A DNA stretch of 64,000 bases from Lama glama (GCA_028534125.1 CM052817.1:65040001-65104000); one strand, 5' to 3'. Shown: positions 39,321-52,938, counted from the stretch's first letter. Notes: generated by a model from the sequence alone, not told the origin. Numbers and translations are program-made.

Positions 39321-41429
39321 GAATTCTTTGTACGAATTAGAACGAGTCCTTCCTCAATGAAACCTTTGGTGATACTATTAACTCTGGCCTTCTCTTCCCA
39401 CACTGTAATGTAAGCCTTTGCCTCAGAGTTTTACTGCGCTAGTAGCTTATTATACCGTATTTAACCACAGCATAACACCACTTAAAAACCCTAATCAATT
39501 CTGAAAGAAAATGAGAACGTTTTTTTTTCTTCATAAATGTCAATGGCTCTTTTACCATTTTCCCTTTTCCCTGAGAAAATAAATCTAATAAATCTCAGTT
39601 CTTTGCTATTGCAGAGTTCCCCTCCCACCCATTCCCAAGGCTTGGTCTAGCGATAACATTCTATTCTTCCACATGTCTCTTCTTCCTTCACCGAATTTGA
39701 ATTACCACAACTTGGTTTTATCTCAACGAAATTAGTCATCAAAGTTCTCAGTGCCTTTCTGTGGCCAATGTACCGTGTCTACTTTCCTAGTAAATCTATA
39801 GAGTCATGCTTTCTCCATGAAACAGAAATTCCAAAGACACTAAAACCCTTATACTTTACTAGGATGCTAAAGATGAATAGCAACAGATCTCTTAATCTCC
39901 AAAGGTTGAATCATATTCTAAACTTGATGAGAGACACTTAGAAATGCTGTATTTAAATATATATATATATATGGTCTGGAAAAGTTTCAGGATGATTTTA
40001 AGCATCCAACAGGGCAAATTGTAGCTTCCAACCTCTTCTGTTTCAGTATGTTCCCAGTAAGCCCCTGAGTCATCCTGCCCTTTTTGGAGGACTTCTCTGA
40101 CGGCTACTTTCCTCTCCACCACGTGGCTCACAAGATTAAAAACTGCGCCTTCCCTAAAGTCTCTTCCATCGAGAATCTATGAATGTAACTCATGCACAGA
40201 ACTGCTCACAAATTATTTAAGCTGTCCTGGGTGTAAGGTTCCTTGTTGGAATATTTTTGGTCTTTCAAGAAATATGTTTTTAAGCAACAACTACTTTGCT
40301 TTTTATTCCTAAGAGGTTGTTAGGAATCAGGGTTATGAAGAGACTGGTCTAGCATTAAAGCTTCCAACTGGATTTCAATGGCTTCCGAGAAGTATTTGCA
40401 AGTGAGACCAGGGTGGGAGACAAGAGAGATGCATAATCTCAGCCCTAAAAATGCTTGCCTTCTGGCAGGGAAGCTCAGCTAACTAACATCTTTAAAACAG
40501 TGAAAGGCCAAAATGTGCAAACTGGGTGGCACGGATGAGAAGTGCAGGAGCAGTTCAGAGTCAAGACAGCTGTGGTCCGCAGAGGTCAGGGAGAGCCTCA
40601 GGGAAAGAGATGGAACTGTGGGCTAGAATTTAGGGGTGAATAAGACTAGGGTTGACAGGGTACAAGGGGAACTCTGCAGTCATGAGAAGTAGCATCGATG
40701 AAGGCGCAGACATCATTCCTGAGGAATTCTAAATGGAGGGGAAATATCTTCAGCCTCCAGCCTTTTCCCGCCTTCCTCGGAGATGCATGGATTTCTGACC
40801 CCTACAGGGTTCTGAAAGCACCCCAAGACTGAAGCCCCCCCGTGCCAAGGGAGAGAAGACGCTGATGTCTGTCCCCGGGACAGTAGTGCGCAGTCTCTTG
40901 GGGTTTCCATTATATTCTGAAGAAAATAAGTGAGCAAATGTCAGATTCAAATAGATCCCTCAAGAAGGATAATTTTAGTTGACTGGACTGGAAGCCTGTC
41001 TGGGCACGTACAGCACACAGATATCAGTTACCTTTAGTTACTGCGGAGGAGCGGGTGTCTAAACAAAGCTCCCGCCAGCCAAACTGATTTAAAATGACAC
41101 AGCCCTCTTCCACAGCCCCAAGGATTAGTGAGCGTGCGGCAGCCCAAGATCACCTTCTTTCCAGATGGCTTCTGAGGACACCTGTACTTAGTTAACTGTC
41201 GCAGCCAATGGCTACATCTGAGCCTGACATTCTGTCCCAAAAGGAACACCAACTGGTAATAGGATAACGCTGAGGGGCTTAGAACCTGGAGAAAGTGACT
41301 CCAGACTATTCATCCCGGGTTTAGAGAGGCCTGGAAGGATGCTGGGTCTCTCTGAGATCCTGTTTTACTCCAAGTCATTTAGGCAAAGGGGCAGCTTATG
41401 ATTCTTTCTTATTTCTGCATTACTACTTT

Positions 41430-41990
41430 TTTTCAATTTGTTAAGACACGTTTACTGAGCATTTATTCTGTGCAAGGCTCTCTGCCAAATATTTGAGGGA
41501 AAAAGGGAAACACAGACAAGATGAATGTGGGAACTCATGTCTCCAAACAGTGTAAAACCCTCTCTGGCAGTGCAATAGGGCACAGTGAGTCTGAGGCTGT
41601 AAGAGAGGTCAGAATATGCCAGGGGGAGGCGGGAAATGGAGTGATTAATTGTCAGGGAAAGTTTCTGGGATGTCTTCCCTGAAGTATTGTTTGACTTCTG
41701 TTTGGCAATATTCTGACTGGGAAGAGAAAGATTTCACGATACCAGAAGTGCATCAATAAAGGTAAGGGAAGATGCAAATGGGTGATATATTTGGAAAATG
41801 ATTAGGAGCCCAGGGTGGTTGGAGGGGATATAATGTAAAGTATGTTTTCCAAGGCAGGTTGAAGCTAGATGATGGGGAATGCCTGGCTAAGGCGATACCA
41901 TTTTTTTTCCTGTAGGCAAATAATAAAGAGTTGCTCAAAGTTTTGAACAGGAGGATATAGAAAGCATGAAAATACAGTAGGTAGATGTCA
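41430..41990 (-). mobile_element. L2 fragment
   Basis: TTTACTGAGCATTTATTCTGTGCAAGGC...CCTGTAGGCAAAT...GTTTTGAACAGG. Confidence 0.55.
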
Positions 41991-41993
41991 GTG

Positions 41994-42110
41994 TGTGAAG
42001 GATGGCAGAGTATGTCATCCCAAAATACGCCACTTTGGCATATGGATTATTTTGAGCTGAAGGCAGTTGAGAAAAGGCAGCTACAGAAAAGCTGTCCACC
42101 CCCCCCCCCA
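41994..42110 (+). mobile_element. 5' fragment of an ERV1 LTR (related to the LTR at 37790-38878)
   Basis: TATGTCATCCCAAAATACGCCACTTTGGCATATGGATTATTTTGAGCTGAAGGCA. Confidence 0.7.
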
Positions 42111-45100
42111 TTTGTCAGTCTATAGGGTCCCATTCAGTAAACCTAAGATGGGTGGAAAGGAAGAATATTTCCCTCCCTGCACACGCCCCCAGGAATGTGA
42201 GGGGTGGACTGGAGGTTTAATAGGCCAGTCAGGACCAGCAAACACCATCATCCTCCAGTGAGATGATGGAGGCCTGACCTCGTCCAGAGAGCTTGAGAAT
42301 GGCTGTGAGAGAGGCCGATTCGGGGTGTGGGCCGAGATACGTGGGGGACTAGAGGACGGCTCCGGATCCAGCTTGAATTGTTTGGCCACTGCCTTCCCCC
42401 ATGCTTCTCATGAACATCCCAACCTGTGGAGGAGGACGTCAGCCTACTCACGTAGAAACTGACACCTACAGACCTTCTGGAGCTCCCCAGACCACACTCA
42501 GCTAGGAGGAGACTGAGACTGGCCAAGGATCTGACTTCAAGTCCAGTAACTGGGAGGACAGAGATGCTTTAAATGAAGAAGAGGGAATCAGTGAGAACCG
42601 GGTGGTGAAGGAAGACACTGGGGGACACACTGGACCGCCAGCTGCCGGGTAGCTGTCAGGGTAGCGGTGGTCCAGCGGTGACCACAGCTGCTCCCTGGAT
42701 GTTCCCTCACAGCGTTCGATGGACCTGAGGGCTGCTGTTTCAGATATTTGTGAACATTTTGGGTGACCTTTTGTTTGTTTGTTGTTCATTTGTTTGTTTG
42801 GAAAATTAACTTTGGGGAGATATAAATTTCAGTTCTGATGAATCTTCCAAATTGAAGACAAGAAGAAGGATACTATTCTCAGAGATCGAATCTCTTCTAG
42901 AAAACTTGAGCCAAGTGTCAAGGCAAACATTACGGGAGCTCTTATGGTAGAGTTACAAAGGCCACAGTCGTCTGTCTTCTAAGGGGGAGGCCAGGCCTTT
43001 GGCCGGATGGCAGGGATGAGGACCATTTATTTTAATTTCATCTACTAAAGCCCTTACTTACATACACAATTGCCTCTGGCCAATTCTAATGGGTTTTGCC
43101 TCCTAATCCTAGAACATCCAATCCTGGAACATCCTCTTTCCCAAAGATTCTGAGGTGGGGGACTTCACTTGTGATCTTGGGGAGCTCCAAAGAGCTGGTC
43201 CCCCAAGCACACACCTCTGCTCCGGGCAGCCTACACGTCTTGCCCCAGGAACAGAAGGGGTGGCGGTGCTTTGACCAAACAGTTTATTCAGGAGGAGTAA
43301 CCGCAGTGAAACAGTTAGATGGACCACGTGCTGAAGAGTTTCAAATTCCTCTGAAAGTAAAGCTATTGCCCTCGTATACTTTTGTAAAATGTGAGTTTTG
43401 AAAACACATTCTTGAATGACAAAAACAAAAACATAAAGCAAATTTGGTACCCAGCTGCGGGCGTTTTGACAAGTTCATCTATAGTTATAATCAGTGTGTG
43501 GATCCAGTTGATACTTATGATCATTGTTACCTGCAAAGGAGTATTCACAGCCCAGGATTCCTGAGTAACTGTGAGTGTGTTAGTGTGTGTGTGTGAGGTT
43601 CGCCTCTACTTACAGGAGGAAACGTGCATACATGTGCCATGTAGAAGACTATCCATATCCAAAAAGGGTTCTTAATTTCTGTGCGATGTCATCACTTTAC
43701 AGTTTGAGGAAGATGAAAACATCATCTGAAAGGGAAAAATGTTGCTTAGGAAATTCACCATGTCTCTCTCTGATTTTTAGGTAGTTTCCACAAAGCTGAC
43801 ATGGGTCTTTTTTCTTTGTGGCTGTTTCTCTTACAAAAGCAATGAATAGATACACAACCAAGAAGATGTTTTTAGCAAGACTGAGTTTTATCCCTGTGTC
43901 TGGTCCTAAAATCAAATGTTCTCAAGACACACACTTTCCAAGTTAGGGGAAACAAAAACATTCTGTGTAAAAATTCCATCTTGCCACTAATGAGCGCGAT
44001 TTGGGGTGATTACGGCGAGCTGTGAAGCAAATTCTCATGATGCAAGGTCAGTGTGTCATTAGGAATGGAAGGGACAGACCCTTTCTCAGAGCCTGGGATG
44101 CCCTCTCAAATTCAGTCCTCTCTGCTCCAGGCCTCCTGCTGCCTCCTTCCCAGCCAACAGCCTGTCATGTTGAAGGTCGTCTAAATATGCCTGGCCCATC
44201 AGGCCCAACACTCAGTGGAAACTTATCATGTGCACGTCACTCCCCATCCTCCACACTGAAGGACGCCGACTCCAGGTAGTGCTGCAGGCATCCAGAGTCA
44301 TCGCCAGAGTGCACCGCTTCTCATGGCAGGTGTCCACGGACTGCTCCAGGTAGGTGGTTGGGCTGAGCCCGGACGACTGAATGACTTGACCTCTGAAAAT
44401 CCCCAATAGGGCAGTGGCGGAGCCAGGTTCAGAAGACAGAAGGGCCTCCCAAGAAATGGGTCACTCCACATGCAAACTCAGGAAGTGAAAATGTGGCCTG
44501 AGGCTCCAGGGCAGGGAGGAACTTTTAGTCGTGCTAAATATAGTGACCCGAACTGGAGGACAGCCAGTGCTCAGGGTGCCAGCCTTGCAGGAGCATTCTA
44601 GGATCTTTAATTGCCACAGGTGGGCTGCATAGTTCTTTTAAAGCTCTCCTAAAAATAAACCTTCAATGAGGCTGACTCCCAGGGTTGATCGTATTATCAT
44701 CGTAAAAATCAGGATGAAAAGAGGTAGTGGCGAGGAGGAGGAAGAGGTTACTCTTGGGAAACTGAAGGTGCATTCCGTGAGCTGCTGGGGAGTGATGCTG
44801 AAAGTTGATCTTTTTCCTTCTTCTTCTTTTTTAGAAATTCCTTGCAGACACCTGTTTACAGTATTCTCTTTTTTTGTAAAAGCCTGAGAAACGGTTCTGT
44901 GTATCTGTGAATCCTGGCAGCCCTGGCTCTGAGGATAAGGTCACTTACTGCCTGTCGGCCTCGCCTTGGGAGTTGTCTGTTTGCATCGTGGGGTGCAAGC
45001 CCCACGCAGGGGCAGTGACCCCACCAACCAGGCAGCGAGGTGCCTTCTCCACTCCCGGGGGAGCCCCAACCTCCTTGGGTGCAGCAGGCCTGGCAGAACA

Positions 45101-46862
45101 GGGTGGGAACACCAAAGGACTTTGGAGCCAGAGAGACTCAGGGTCTGCATCAGGGTTTCACTCTTACTGCCGGCTCCATACGCAAGCCTCGGGTTGTTTA
45201 CTTCTACCTCAGAGATAATGACAACCCGCCCTCAAACACTGAGATCAGATGAGGGACCGGTGCAGGGTGGTTTCCAGAGGCCCTGACACGCGGTGCCACC
45301 AGCACGCCTTTAGGGGTCCTTGCTCGGCATCTACAGAATCACCTCGAACAGTTTAGGTGACCGCTGTTGGTTTTTAGTGCAGCTAAAGCACTTTCGTAAA
45401 ACGTGAACTGCAATGGGGATAGAGTGCTGGGGACAGCATTAGCTTTACAGTGGCTGTGCTTTCTCGGGATAATTCCCAGAGAATGGCTTATTTTCTGACT
45501 ACCAGAAATACAGAGGGAAGATGCTCTTGTTAATTGGCATTTCAAATGACCTCTGATTTTTAAAAATTTGACTCCCGATTTAAAGTCAAAAGAATTTTCT
45601 TTCTTGCTAGAAGGTGAGGTCCAGCTATGCTAAACTGGCTCCTTTTTTATACGTTTACCATTGGTGGGGGGTGGTCCTCTGTATTTTCTTGTGCATTTCC
45701 CCTTCCTCAAAGGCAGGAGCCACGTTGGCCCCTTTGTTCCCTGCTCCCCAGTCTAGTGACTGTCTGTGGTTCTATGGACTCTTAGTCGGTTAACTACCGG
45801 GCTACTGTGCGACCATTTACTTACAAGGGATTCTCCAGACACAGCTTACAACTGAGCTTCCCAGTTCCTCAAAGCCACTCTCTCCTCCCAAACTCCTGCA
45901 TTTAGATATAATCCTCCACAAACAAATAGCTTTCCTGCCACTAGCTGGCCCCTGTATGGTTTGACTGTTTTTGTTTCAATCCAAGTCTACTCCTTTGCAT
46001 TTTCTTCCTACAAACTCTTTTTTTTTTTTTTCAGAAAGAGGTTTTATTCTGAGACTTTCAACTTTCCTGAGGCTGGCTGGTTAGACTTCTGGGCTTGAAT
46101 TTTGTTTATGTGCTTTTAAAATTCTAATTATAACTCTCTGGGGAGTTGCTCTGCACAGGGCTGTATAAAGGAAGAGCTGGACAGGTGGACTGACACACCG
46201 GCAGGAGTTAAACGGACCTGTCCCTCTGGGGCTGGGTGCAGCTGCCGCAGCGATGCCCCCACAAGTAGCCTGGGGCAAAGGTTCTCTGTGATACATGGTG
46301 AGGATTCCTGAGAGCTTAGAAGGAGACCAGCCTTTAGGAAGAAGACCGAGGCCCTGTCGATCAGGGTGAAGTTGGCTGCTTCTCCAAGCTGACGTGGGGC
46401 CACCAAGGAGTCTTCTGAAATAAGGCCCCTAGTTCGTTCTGTGCAAACAGTCCAAGTCCTTCATTCCATAATTAAAAGGTCAAGTGTGGAATCAAAACAT
46501 CCCTGCTAAAGTGACAGGGGGCCACTTTGTAAGAGAGAATCACCTACTGGTCAGGGAACTGTCGTAAGGAGACAGCATAAAGTCTTACAAGTCCCCTGAG
46601 AAGGGGATTTAGGTCTGCGTTTGGGTCCCGGGCCAGTCCAATGAGAATAAAATAGATTTTCTCCATAAGGATAGCCCTTGAGGAGTCTCAGGACAGCTAC
46701 TCCATCCCTCTGCCACCACCCCTGCTTCCCCAGAGAGCCTCCAATCCACCATGAATCTCCAGCCCTTGGGATCAAGGATTGTCTTTTTCACCAAGTGCCT
46801 ATTTTTGGTCATTGTTTGCAAACGTGGGGGTGTGGGGGGAGGTAAGGACACCAGGTTGCTCA

Positions 46863-47022
46863 CAAATTTGCTTCTCAAAGCTCAGCCCACAGTCCAGCCA
46901 CGTCAGCCTCACCTGGGTTGCTGCGGATGATAAATGAAATCTTGATGACATCTGGATTAGCATCTGTACTTTAACGAGGCCTATGGACGACAGACCCTCA
47001 TACTGAAGTCTAAGAAGCACTG
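46863..47022. mobile_element. MER5A-like
   Basis: GCTTCTCAAAG...CAGCCTCACCTGGG...ATCTGTACTTTAAC...AAGTCTAAGAAGCACTG. Confidence 0.65.
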
Positions 47023-47735
47023 ACTCGCAGCTTAATGGAGACTTCTTTATTTTGGGTTTGCAGGTTGGAAAGACAATGGATCATTTCTGGATGTTGAAAG
47101 AGGATACAGGGACACAAGAGGCTGCACCCCGTTCTATTCCTTGGTGGACTAACATGAATGTCTCCCAGGCCCGTCTGCTCGGCCGTCCGGGAAGAGGCCC
47201 TTTACCAGTTTGTCCCTGTGCTTGCTGGAGCAGCACCCTCCCCCTGCCAGTGGCCAGCTCTCTGTCACTCCCCTTGCTTGTGTCTGTCTGCAGGGTCCTG
47301 GAAGGGGACGGGAGTCTCTCACAGACACTCGGGCCGCTCCCTGTGGCTCTGCGCTCCCTCTGCCCCAGCGGCTGCTCTGTTCCTGGGTGGCCTCTGCTTC
47401 TGGCCTCTGAGGCTTTAATGCTGCCACAGACACCCGTCTCCAACTGCCCACAGAGAAAGGGGACGCATTCAGACCTCTGAGCCCAGAGCAGCTGCACGCT
47501 CGTCACCGTCACCTGGAGCTCCTGGCCATCTGCTTAATGGTCTATCACTCACCACTCTTCCAGGTAAGAACATTTCCCTCCAAGTGGCCACCTCTCTTCT
47601 GGAGAGGGGGCCAGGAACTGAGAAGGATGGGAGAAGAAGGGTGCTCCAGGCAGGATGGTGGGAAATGCAGCCAGAGGGCAAAGCTGACCCCCACGTAATG
47701 CCCTGCGGAGATGCTGAAGAGAAAATTCAGCAGAG

Positions 47736-48180
47736 AGAGTCTAGTTTTTTTTTTTTCATTTTTCATTTTTATTAGGTAGAGTTGTTACAATTTGACTGCA
47801 CATTTACAATATATTGCATGTAAATACATATATACAATATACTGCACATTTTTAAAATTTACATATATGTACTGTTCATTGTTTCTAAGAATGTTTAGAG
47901 CTTTAGCCTTTTAAACTTACATTGTTATCAAAAGAATAAAGCCAACCACAAAATAAGAATTAATTCAAAAAGATACATACACCCCACTATTAATAGCAAC
48001 ATTATTTATAATAGCCAAGATACGGAAGCATTCTAAGTGCACATCAATAGATGAATGGATAAAGAAGATGCAGCATGTATATGCAATGGATTACAAGTCA
48101 CCCATAAGAAAGAAGGATATTCTACCATTTGCAGCCCTTCATTCACTTTTCTTTTCTCATTTCAAAAGAGTCTAGTATTT
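47736..48180 (-). mobile_element. TSD-bounded polyadenylated retro-insertion containing an oppositely oriented L1 segment (about 47960-48135)
   Basis: TSD AGAGTCTAGT(T/A)TTT at 47736-47749 and 48167-48180. Poly-T at 47745-47756. TTTATT at 47768-47773. Confidence 0.75.
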
Positions 48181-50411
48181 AATGTGAAGTTTTTTTCCTG
48201 AGTTATGCTATAGTACGGGCCTCCCTCCCTTTCTTCAAGCCAACTTTTGTACAGCCTGCTGCCTCTAACCCTTTGGCAGGAGAGCTGAGGTTAGAAGGAC
48301 CGTGTCTAGCCGGAGGTTGGCTGATGCGGTGAGAGGAAGTGTCTGCTCACCTCAGAAGGCACGCCCGCTGGCTAGGTGACCTAGATTTCAGTGGAAGCCA
48401 GAAGTGCAGTCACTGTGAAAGTGTGAGTCCCCAGGTGCACAGAAATCTTGGGGAGGTCACTGGATTTGCCACAGAATATGGAATAAGTGAGGTTGGAACA
48501 AATACTTGTTTAATTAAGGGAATGAGTACTCAAAAGGGACTCGGGTCACCTAGAAAACAGTTACATTACTAAGTGTAATTGTGCCCTTTCCCTATGGGAC
48601 ACAAAGGTTCAGGAGGTGAGAGAGATTAGGTTGAGGTGACGTCATGGAAAGCCACCGCTACCTGCCTGCATCCAGCTCTGAGGGCCTCCTTCGTCACTCC
48701 CTGAAATCCAGCTTTTGCCCCTGTCTGTGTCTGAACCCTAAGTCTGGAAAAAGTTCAAATTCCCTTTCATGGGACTCCAGGGCCCCAGAATTATCAGTGA
48801 TGTTGAGTCGCCCATGACCCCTAAGAAGGCTTGGCGCCCACGCAGAGGATCTCCAGGGCAGGCCACCAAGTTCTGACACCTGCAGGGAGTCTCAGATGAG
48901 CTGCAGCCAGGAGACGCGGGGACGAGAGAGCTCGGGTTCACTTGGCTGCCACCACGCAAGCAGGGAAAGGTCCCGGCTTTCCTGCTTCTGGAAGTTCCCC
49001 TTTCTCCCCCTCTGCAGCCCACTGCCTGCCGGCACACACAGACATTTCAAGGGAACGACTGAGCCTGCCTTTTGTGGGGTGTTGACTGGTGCAAACGTGG
49101 AAGGCGGGCGAGGTCACGTGGTGCCCACTTTGTTGGCTCAGGCTTCCAGTGCTCATCGTTTACCTGGAACACCCAGATCTCTCAGTCTGCAGGCTCTTCC
49201 ATAGCCTCAAGTTCCCCCGCCTTTGGAGAGCATCATCTCGGGCGATTCTCAAGGGGGCACATTCCGGGCCTGGGCCCGTCCAAAGACCGGTTGGGAGAAG
49301 CCCTGCTCCAGTGCTTGGCCTTGGCTTTCCAGTGTGGTAACCCCATGCCCCACCCTCCAGGGGCTCCTGGAGCCACTAATTTTTGCTTCTCCATGGCCTT
49401 CAGATCCTTAAATCCCCATCAGGTCCTCCTTTCTGCTTCTGGTATATTATTGTTTTAAGAGTCACCTGTTTCACCAGCTTGGCCAGGCCTTCTTTTTTAG
49501 TTTCTCTGACCCCTTCTTTTTTTTCCTAAAACCCTCTTTTAGTTCCTTATAATTCTGCCCTTCCTTCTGTTTCCTCTCTCCACTTCACCCTCTGGAAAAA
49601 AATTCACCTTTATAACAGACCCCTTAATATCGACCAAAAACTCCAAACAAAACCCAGTTACATTTTAAGGGACACTTTTATTATCATTAAAATATTGAAA
49701 ATATCAAAGGCTCTATATTTAGATGGTTAGCAGAGAAACCGCAGACTTCTGGGCCAGGAAGGAGCAGTGACAAAAAATCTACTTCACAAGAGTTGCTGTG
49801 GCCACATTATGGTCCCTGTAAACAGAGGCCGCTCTCAAATCGCTTTCCTTGTGAGACTGAGACCCTGGGGAGGATGTCTTCACCGTTCCCTGTTGCTAAT
49901 GGTGGCTGGGGACGAAACAAAATTTCAGTCAATAAAAGTATTTTACTTCAGTAGTTTAATAGTTATCTACATGCCTTATATTAAATGAAAAATGAAATAC
50001 TTTGAAGATTTATATTTCCTAAATGGAGCAGGGGGAAGTAAGTGTTTAAAATATATTGTAATTGCAGGAACAAAAATCCTTATTGGGTAGGTATAAAATT
50101 GAAGTTTTAGATTCAAATCACTTTTACTCATTCAAATCCTTTTGGTAAAGGTCAGAGAGCTTTAGGAGAAAGGGGGACAGAATTAGGAATCCAACCATTT
50201 AAAGCTTGATGAGACAGGTAATGGCTTATACTTGAATCATTAAATAGTTTGTTTTTTCATGGATCTTCTACAAGTGAGGTGTTGGGAAATAGTGCTTAAA
50301 TTCGGCTTCTTGAATAAAGAGCTGAATGTACTTTTATAGATGGGAGGAAAAAGCAGTGGCTCTAATCTCCACTCTGGGTAAAGCTGCAGAGATCCCTAAC
50401 CAACGTGGTAT

Positions 50412-50430
50412 GACTGCCACCTAGTGGTTA
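50412..50430 (-). promoter_or_regulatory. CTCF motif
   Basis: Reverse complement TAACCACTAGGTGGCAGTC matches the CCACYAGRKGGCR core exactly. Confidence 0.7.
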
Positions 50431-52319
50431 CTTATCCTCATCACAGGGTCCTGCCTGAGGATGTGGAGGAGAACCCGGTGCGTCCCAGACAGCAGGGCTG
50501 ATCTGCAGACGGAAACCACCGGGCGACTAGACTGAAATTGTATTTTCTATCGTGTGAGCTCTTACAGCTTCTATTTTAAGGTCTATTTTAAGGAATCTAT
50601 CTTTATTGATGCAGTTTCAAAGGGAGTTATGTAAGGACATATCAACTTTGGTTTTCACTCTTAGGGAGTTTATCTTTATTCCATGAAATCTCCAAATGGA
50701 CAAGTAACATATATCATATACATATATATTATAAATTTATGATGTATATTATAGTCAATATAAATATAGACATATATAAAATATAAATTCCTATGAATTT
50801 AACTCTAGCCCAGAAAGCACTGCATGATTTTTTAAAAAGCACTGAAGTTTGTTGGGTTTTTGTATCACTGGGATCAGTAAGAAAGGAACCGTGAGCTAAA
50901 TGAGATTCACCCAGCTCCAACAATGACCCACTGCGGGACCCCAACAAGGACTTTATTATTTTCCGACCCACTGGCCCAATCTGTTAAACAGGGGAGTTGA
51001 AGTAGATTCTAAGATGCTCCCTATGAAATGCTCTGAGACCTCTCTTGTTGATTAATTTTCACCCTAAGGTGGACCAAACACTTTGAAATTTTAGCTAAGC
51101 TGCTCATTCCCTCTGCACTCCTCAAACCACCCCCCCCACACACACACACACTGTTATGGGTGATTTCAAGGCTGACTTGTTTTTATACCTCGATTCTACC
51201 CTAGAGCCTCCCAGGAAGCTAGAATATCTCAGAAATATCTCAGCTGGCCAGTTGGTCAAATAATTTTTGCTCTTTGCTATTTGTACTTATCAGTTAGTAT
51301 AACAGTCTTTTCAAATGCAGTCAGACCACGAAGACAAAAAGGATTAGAAGATCCGTAAGATCTAAAGGTGTGCAACCTGACATGGTTTCATTTTGTTGAG
51401 TTAGCAGCTAATTTTGCAAACTTAAAAACAAAAGCTGGTGTGTTCGAGGTTTCATTTCAGTTCGTGCTTTCACTATTCAGAAATCAGTGCCAAGATGATA
51501 AAATGTGACCTTTCCATACAGCTAGTGCAAACAGCACGAACAGCACCTGTCACACTAAACCTCAGATGCAGATGTTTGCCAATTCTTCAGATACTGTGCC
51601 TTAACATGGTAAAGTGAGTGCTGAAGTAAGGGCTTTGCAGAAGGGAGCCTAATATCACTTTATCTGTTTGCATGACTTGATTAAAAAAAAAGTCATACTG
51701 CAGTTCTAAGAAATTAGGAGACACAGAAAACAAAGCGCTCTTCTTCAACCACATGTACATGTGCTTTCTTAAAATTATTACAAACTCTGCTCTAGCTGAA
51801 GGCGCGTTGATTCACTGTGATAAGAGGTGTTTTGTTCAATGCAGTGATCCCCGGCTTCAGCATAAAGCATGATGTGTACTATGCGTGGGCAGGATAGCTT
51901 CAGTAACCCTGCACGATTGTTTCCCAAAAGTCACCATATCTCCAAGATAAAAGGAATCTTCAAAGCGATTTCCTCTAAATAGAAAAATCCTTGTATCGAT
52001 AGCTACAAAGGCAGGATAAGGGGTGGAGGGGAGCCACCCAAACCCAAGGAGAGCCAATAAGAATTGAAAAACAATAACAAACCCATCTGCTATTGTTATC
52101 ACCAGACGTCAGTGATTCCAAACAACCTCAGGGAGGAGATCTCCTCGGGGCAGAGGCAGGACAGCCCCACTATCCCCTGCCACCCCACCCACCCTGCTCC
52201 CTACACTATCTGGTTTCTGGTTTAATATTACATGACTAAGAACACACTCCTTTCTAATTTTATAAAAATGGGCACTCTACTTCATATCTCCTAATTATCA
52301 AAGTGATATTTAATATCTT

Positions 52320-52705
52320 AGAAGATAAACAAACAATATAAAGAAACATTTAAAAAGTCCATAATTTCACTATTCACAGCTGCTTCTAGCCTCATGTTTG
52401 GCAAATTTCCTGTGTTTCCTTTCATCAAGTCTTTCTTTAAATGATTGAGGTCATTGTATATTTCTTCTAAAGACTGTTGGAAAACTACATTTTTAAACGC
52501 TACACAATAATCCACTCCATGTCTGTGCTATACATTTCTTAACTATTCTGTTAATCTTAGGCATTTAGGCTGTTTTCCAGCCTGTCACTCTTACAAGATG
52601 ACGATTACTGAGTTGTTGTTGTATTCATTTATTTTGGTTACTTTGGTCTATCTGGTTATTAATTTGGTTGAACTTTCTAGAAATGGAATTACTGGGTCAA
52701 AGATT
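52320..52705 (-). mobile_element. Ancient L1 (L1M) fragment
   Basis: GGCATTTAGGCTGTTTTCCAG...CTAGAAATGGAATTACTGGGTCAAAG. Confidence 0.65.
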
Positions 52706-52736
52706 AAGCACATCCTACACAAACCTTAGAAATTAA

Positions 52737-52938
52737 ATCATATGTGGAATCTAAAGAAAAACCCATAAATACAAAACAGAAACAGACTCATAGACATAGA
52801 ATACAAATTTATGGTTGCCAAGGGGGATGGGGTGGGAAGGGATAGACTGGGAGTTCAAAATCTGTAGATACTGACAGGTATATGTAGAACAGATAAACAA
52901 GATTATACTGTGTAGCACAGGGACATACCTACAAGATC
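52737..52938 (+). mobile_element. L1 3'UTR internal fragment, truncated at both ends
   Basis: ATATGTGGAATCTAAA...CAGAAACAGACTCATAGACATAGAA...TAGCACAGGGA, with no poly-A. Confidence 0.8.

Noticed and set aside
42833..43700. Possible extra exons or a DAPP1-like paralog (114-nt open AG..GT unit at 42833-42946; YPYPKRV resembling DAPP1 HPYPRKV)
   Set aside because: Weak splice signals and no SH2 or PH signature; the similarity is too short to tell from chance without TBLASTN.
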